This document shows positions 46,379 through 51,483 of a stretch of 51,483 bases of DNA, in pieces. The translations under genes and the position numbers were made by a program. The stretch lies in assembly GCA_000388065.2 (NCBI GenBank), contig KB932206.1, one strand, 5' to 3'. How positions within the stretch are numbered: the first letter of the stretch is position 1; every line of letters starts with the position of its first letter. The notes beneath the pieces are model-generated. The model made no database searches. It saw only the letters and a program-made list of their open reading frames with translations, and had not been told where the DNA came from. The DNA is from Fonticula alba ATCC 38817. Taxonomy: Eukaryota > Protista > Nucleariida.

Positions 46379-47025
46379 GGGAACCTTCATTGTTTTCGTT
46401 TCCCCCTCCTCTGTGCCCCTGCCGGCGTCTGCCTGGCCGCGAGCCGGCCGGGGGAACGCCGCCCCTCCCCCCCCCCCCGGCGGGTGCCGGAAGGAGCCAG
46501 GAGACGCCCCAAATGCGCGAGCAGGCCGAGTGGGAACATTCAACGGCGCCCATTGCGGCCGAGGTGCGTGCAAGTGTGTCTGTCTCTCTCTCTATGTATG
46601 TGTGTGTGTGCGTGTTCGTGGACGGCGAGCGCACTGCCGCTGCGCACGGGGGTCTGACCGTTTTCGCATCGCGCTCGCAGAGGGTATATGTGTGCCTGTG
46701 TGTGTATGTGCGTCTGAGGGCGCGGCACGAGAGCCGGCCGGGGAAGAGTGCACGCTGGCTGTGGTTGGTGGGGAAGGGGGCACGGCGCTTGCAGGGCCGC
46801 TGCCGGCTGTTGGTGGGGCGGGCCGGCTTCTGCCACCATTGGTCCCCTCTGCCCCCGCCGCGCGCGCAAATCGGAGCATGCCCACAGACATACGCACACA
46901 CTGATGATTGGGCACCCTGGCGCCTCCCCCGCCCACCTGAGGGGCTCATCACACCTTGGTGCTTTTCCTCACCGTTCGGTTTTTTCCTCCTTCCCCCTTG
47001 TGCGCCTCGCCCCCCTGCTTCCTCC

Positions 47026-47233
47026 TTCTCTCCTTCTCTCGTTCTCTCCTTCTCTCGTTCTCTCCTTCTCTCGTTCTCTCGTTCTCTCCTTCTCTCCTTC
47101 TCTCCTTCTCTCCTTCTCTCGTTCTCTCGTTCTCTCCTTCTCTCCTTCTCTCTCTCTCCTTCTCTCTCTCTCTCTCTCTCCTTCTCTCTCTCTCTCTCCT
47201 TCTCTCTCTCTCTCTCTCTCTCCTTCTCTCTTT
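47026..47233. repeat. Octamer TTCTCTC(C/G) array grading into (TC)n, upstream of ARPC2
   Basis: Alternating TTCTCTCC/TTCTCTCG units, then TC runs. Confidence 0.85.
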
Positions 47234-47326
47234 CTGTCTCTCCCTGGGGCCGGTTCCCCCCCACTGGTATATGATTCTGACTCGCTCTCCTCCTTCCTTC
47301 GCCGCGCTCAGACCTCCACCGCCACC

Positions 47327-49082
47327 ATGATCCTCCTCGAGTACGGTAACCTTGTCCTCAAGACCATCCTGAAGGAGCACTTCGCCAACCACGACCCGTG
47401 CGTCTCCCCCTCCCCCCTCTCTCCCTCCCACGCCCCGCGCCAATGCCACCGCACCCGCTGGCTCTACGCGCCGACTCACACGCGCCCCGCCCCCCCCCTC
47501 CGCCCAGGGCCAAGCCTTCCTCCCTGTCGCACAACTTCGCCGACTTCGATGGCGTCCAGTTCAACCTGGCCACCGAGAACACCGACCGCAACGTCGTCTA
47601 CCTGTCCATCTCTTGGCGCTGCTTCTCCGAGCTGGCTTCCTACAATGCCGTCTCCCACCTCGAGAAGATCTACGGCCCGCTCGTGTCCTCCCCCCGCCCG
47701 GGTTACGACTTCACCCTGGCCTTCAACATGTCCCAGCTCCCGGCCTCCGAGACCGAGCGCGGTATGTCCCCCCTCTCCCTCCCCCTCCCCTGGAACCCTC
47801 CCTTCCTGCCTCGCCTCGCCCCGCCCCGCCCCGCATGCGCGCATGTGCCCCGCTTGGCCTTGGTGATACTGACCCCCTGGCTGCCCGGCTGCGCGCTTGG
47901 ACTTTGGCCGCACCTCCTTCCCCCCCCCCTCCGCCCAGACGAGCTCATCGAGAACCTGAGCCTCCTGAAGCGCCATGCTCTGGCCGTCCCCTTCGAGCGT
48001 GCCTTCGATGCCCAGCTCAAGGGCGACACCCTGCCCCTGATGCAGATCTCCTACCGTAACGGTATGCCCCCTCCCCCCTCCTGCCCCCCCCTGGCACATC
48101 TCCATTTCTGACCCTCCGTTCTCGCTCCCCTTCCCCCCTCCCCGTGTCCCTCGCCCTCCCTTCGCAGAGGAGTCCATCTGGATCAAGACCGACAAGGATC
48201 GCGTCACCGTCATCTTCTCGGTCACCTTCAAGGACCCGGCTGACATTGTCTTCGGCAAGGTCTTCCTCCAGGAGTTCGTCGACGCCCGCCGTCAGACCAA
48301 CCTCCAGAACTCGCCCCAGGTCATTTTCTACCCCGAGGATGCCCCGGCCGAGCTGACCGGCGTCAAGGGCATCGTCACCGACAAGGAGAAGAAGAAGAGC
48401 ATCGGCTACGTCACCTTCGTCCTGTTCCCTCGCCACTACGACGCCGTCAAGCGCCAGAACACCATCTCCCTCATCCAGACCTTCCGCGACTACCTGCACT
48501 ACCACATCAAGTGCTCCAAGGCCTACATGGTGCGTGTCTTTCTCGCTGCCGCGCTCTGCCGCGCACGACGCTCTTCCGATCTCATCCAGACCTTCCGCGA
48601 CTACCTGCACTACCACATCAAGTGCTCCAAGGCCTACATGGTGCGTGTCTTTCTCGCTGCCGCGCTCTGCCGCGCTCTGCCGATTGCTCTGCCCCCTGCC
48701 GGCGCGCCTGGTCCATTCTCTGTCCTCCTCTGACACCTGCCTTCTTCTCCCTGGCGCCTGGGTGTGGTGTGTGCCCCATGTCCGGCCGGCCGGCCGGCCG
48801 CGCGTCCTCTTCTCGCAGCACTCGCGCATGCGTGCCCGCGTCACTGCCTTCCTGCAGGTCCTCAACCGCGCCAAGCCCGAGGTCGTGGCCGACAAGCGCC
48901 CGGCCGCCGCTGTCGGCGGCGGTGTTCGCTCCAGATCGGAAGAGCACACGCAGCACTCGCGCATGCGTGCCCGCGTCACTGCCTTCCTGCAGGTCCTCAA
49001 CCGCGCCAAGCCCGAGGTCGTGGCCGACAAGCGCCCGGCCGCCGCTGTCGGCGGCGGTGTTCGCTCCTTCCGCCAGTTCTAA
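47327..49082 (+). CDS. ARPC2: Arp2/3 complex subunit 2 (p34-Arc)
   Basis: CGCCACCATG; MILLEYGN, FADFDGVQF, DRVTVIFSVTFKDPADIVFGKVFLQEFVDARR, PQVIF, GYVTFVLFPRH, FRDYLHYHIKCSKAYM|HSRMRARV..FLQVLNRAKPE. Confidence 0.96.
48564..48582 (+). other. Illumina adapter remnant CACGACGCTCTTCCGATCT
   Basis: Matches the 3' end of the TruSeq Read 1 primer; separates duplicate copies 48472-48563 and 48583-about 48664. Confidence 0.95.
48933..48950 (+). other. Illumina adapter remnant AGATCGGAAGAGCACACG
   Basis: Matches the TruSeq read-through adapter; separates duplicate copies 48816-48932 and 48951-about 49068. Confidence 0.95.
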
Positions 49083-50089
49083 ATGCTGCATGCGCCTCTC
49101 CTTCCCCTCTGCTCTCTGGCCGTCGGCCGATGTCCCTCGTGGTGGGGGGAGGCGGCGACGGGGGGGCGGGGATCTCCGGTGTGCTCTGCTGCCGTGGCTT
49201 GTGCCAGTGCGTGTCCCATGCGGTGGCGTGAGGCGGCAGCACGAGGGGGGTCCGAGGCTGTGGAAGGCGCATGAGACCTCTCGCGTGCCCTTTTTTGTGC
49301 GCACGTGTGATTGTGCGCATACATGCGCCGCTCTCCCCCCCTCCCTTTCTCTCCCCCTCTCTCCTCCTCTCTCTTCTTCTCACACACGCATCGTGTCACA
49401 CGCAGCGTCAGGTTGCCGCTCTTCTGGGGTGGTTCCCCTGGACGGGTCTGGGCGGAGGGGGAGGAGGCGAGAGCGTCGTGCGTGAGCAGTGTGCGCCGGA
49501 ATGTGGTAGTGTCACTACTGCTGGCAGTGGCTGTTGTGCCGCGTCCGTGCGCGCGCGCCTGTCCCGCCCCCTCTCCCCTCTTCCCTCCCCTCCTGTGTCG
49601 CCTGTGTGCGCGCGCACCGGTTTGTGCCCGATAGCGCTGTCTCCCCCCTCCCCCCCATCTCGGTGTATCGGTTCGCACGCGTACCGCGCCACGCCTGCTG
49701 TCGTGTTTCCCCCCATCCCCCGCTCCTCCGCCGATGTGGTGGGGGTGTATGCCTCTTTATGTTCTTTGCCCTTTCTCCGCACTCCTCCCCCCCCCCTTCC
49801 CCCCTTTCCTTCCCCCCCCCTAATTGCAGTTCACATCCAGAAAAAATAGTCACATCCAAATGTCCACCTGCGCACTTCCCATCCATCCTCGCGTGTCCGT
49901 TGTCTGTGTCTGTGTGTTTGCCTATGCTTGCCTGGGGGTGTCCTCCGGATTTGCCTTCCTGCGCCCAATCAAGCGCCGATCGGAACGGGGGGGCCACGCC
50001 ACCGAAGCGGCTTGGCAGTCGATCATGGCCCCCTGCGTGCGTGCCTTCCGGCGGGGGGGGGGGGGGGGGGGGGGGGACGGGCCGCCGCG

Positions 50090-50269
50090 AGCCCCGGGCG
50101 GGGGCGGCCCTGTCTCCCTTCTTCTTCCTCGCTCCCTGCCTTTCGGATGGCATTCGGGCGGGCTCACTGGGCCGNNNNNNNNNNAGCCCCGGGCGGGGGC
50201 GGCCCTGTCTCCCTTCTTCTTCCTCGCTCCCTGCCTTTCGGATGGCATTCGGGCGGGCTCACTGGGCCG
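50090..50269. repeat. 85-bp direct duplication across a 10-N gap (50090-50174 = 50185-50269), artefact
   Basis: Identical copies immediately flank the gap. Confidence 0.85.
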
Positions 50270-51483
50270 TGCAGAGGTGTGCCCAAGTGTTGGGGGGCCC
50301 CTGGGGCGATGTGGAGGCGATCGCGTTCTGCTTGCGGCGGGGGGGCTGGGGGGGGGGGGGGGGGCGGCGCCCCAGAAAAAACACCAGCCGGGAGGAATGG
50401 GGAAAGGCCCTCCCCCCCTCCCGGCGCGAGGCGAGGTCCAGGCACGCCTCCAGGCCAGCCCGCTTGGGGCCGGACAAAAGGCCGGAGAATCACGCACACC
50501 CGGGCTGGTCACGCCACACCCAGGGTATTTCCGGGCAAATATCCAGCCCATCACGCTGGGGGCATTCCCCGAAGACCTAAGTCAGGTCAACAGGGGGGTC
50601 GGCTGGCATTCTTCACCCCGGTTACAGAGGTGTCCCTCGCCCGCCCCCCCCCCGGGGGGGGGGGGGGACGGGGGAGGAAAGCAACAGCAGCCCTTAGGGG
50701 TGTCTGGGGCGTGTGTCCCTCCTGCCCCGCGCCCCCCGCGTCCCCTTGAGGCGGCGAGAGCGTCGGGGGTGGCTGCCCTGGGTCCGAGGAAAGCCAGCAC
50801 GCGCGCGCGCATGTTTGGCCGCACGAGCGGTGTGGATGCCGGACGCGCGCCCGATGGCCTGCGCATATTCCCCCTCCCCCCCCCCCCCCCCCCCACCCCC
50901 GGGCCGGCAACCTCCGGAGGCCCGCGGGTCGTGGTATGCCCCGGCGGAATGTGCACACCGTCCGGGGCCGGCGCGCGGCCGCGCGGTCATTGTCCCCCTT
51001 TGTCCGGGCCTTGAGCGCGCTCCGGCGGTGCCCCGGCACGGCGTGCCCTTTGTCCCGGCTTCGCGCGGTGCCCGCCGTCTTGTTGCTTTGGCCGGGCCCC
51101 CGCAGGCTGAGGCTCCCGCGCCCGGGCATTTTCCCCGCGCGAGACTCTCGCTGTCTCCCGTCCGCCCGCCGCCGCCGCCGCTGGCCCGTTGATTGAAGGG
51201 CCGCCCACCAGGGTCAGACCCTTGGCGACGGCGGCCGGCCGGGGGAAAGGACAGCTGGCGTGCGCATGCCCGCCCACCCCGCCCGCGGAGGGGCTTCCCC
51301 TGTTCCGCACAGGGGCAGGTCGCCCTTCGCGCCGGGGGCCGGTGCTTGGGCCGGTCCCTAGCACGGACATCCGCCTCCCCTCGCCCGGCGTGGTGTTGGC
51401 CGTGTCACGGGCCGTGGCGACAGCGGGGCCTGTTTGTGCGCGCGCCCGGGCGCGTTTCCGGGCGCGCGGCGTCCTGGGGCGGG

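Noticed and set aside
46901-46940. CTGATGA...CTGA C/D-like pair
   Set aside because: Only about 40 nt apart, non-consensus C box, no recognisable rRNA guide.
49083-51483. Various 100-400 aa ORFs in the right-hand end
   Set aside because: Pro/Gly/Arg-rich translations of G/C runs, no domain motifs or consistent exon structure.

Overview
Eukaryotic, very GC-rich, intron-rich draft assembly with many N gaps, poly-C/poly-G runs and microsatellites. Gene content (SCAR/WAVE together with a fungal-type C2-Ypk1/Gad8 kinase) suggests an amoeboid early-branching holomycotan such as Fonticula; this is inference, not verified. Genes read by manual splicing: IPI1/TEX10 (-, runs off left edge); a Diaphanous-related formin (+) whose exons are out of order and partly duplicated; an NDR/LATS kinase (+); tRNA-Leu(UAA); mitochondrial AspRS (+); PP1 catalytic subunit (-); an orphan 2-exon gene (+); an MFS transporter (-); DDX52/ROK1 (+); Ypk1/Gad8-like kinase (-); SCAR/WAVE (-); ARPC2 (+). 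No CRISPR or recognisable mobile element. Best leads: an actin-nucleation neighbourhood with head-to-head WAVE and ARPC2; a tandemly duplicated MOB-binding helix in the NDR kinase; a tRNA-Leu(UAA) with atypical U73; an in-frame NDR-formin splice junction that is probably a poly-C misjoin. Region 2.4-15.5 kb is locally misassembled and ARPC2 contains Illumina adapter sequence. No new biological system is demonstrable from sequence alone.
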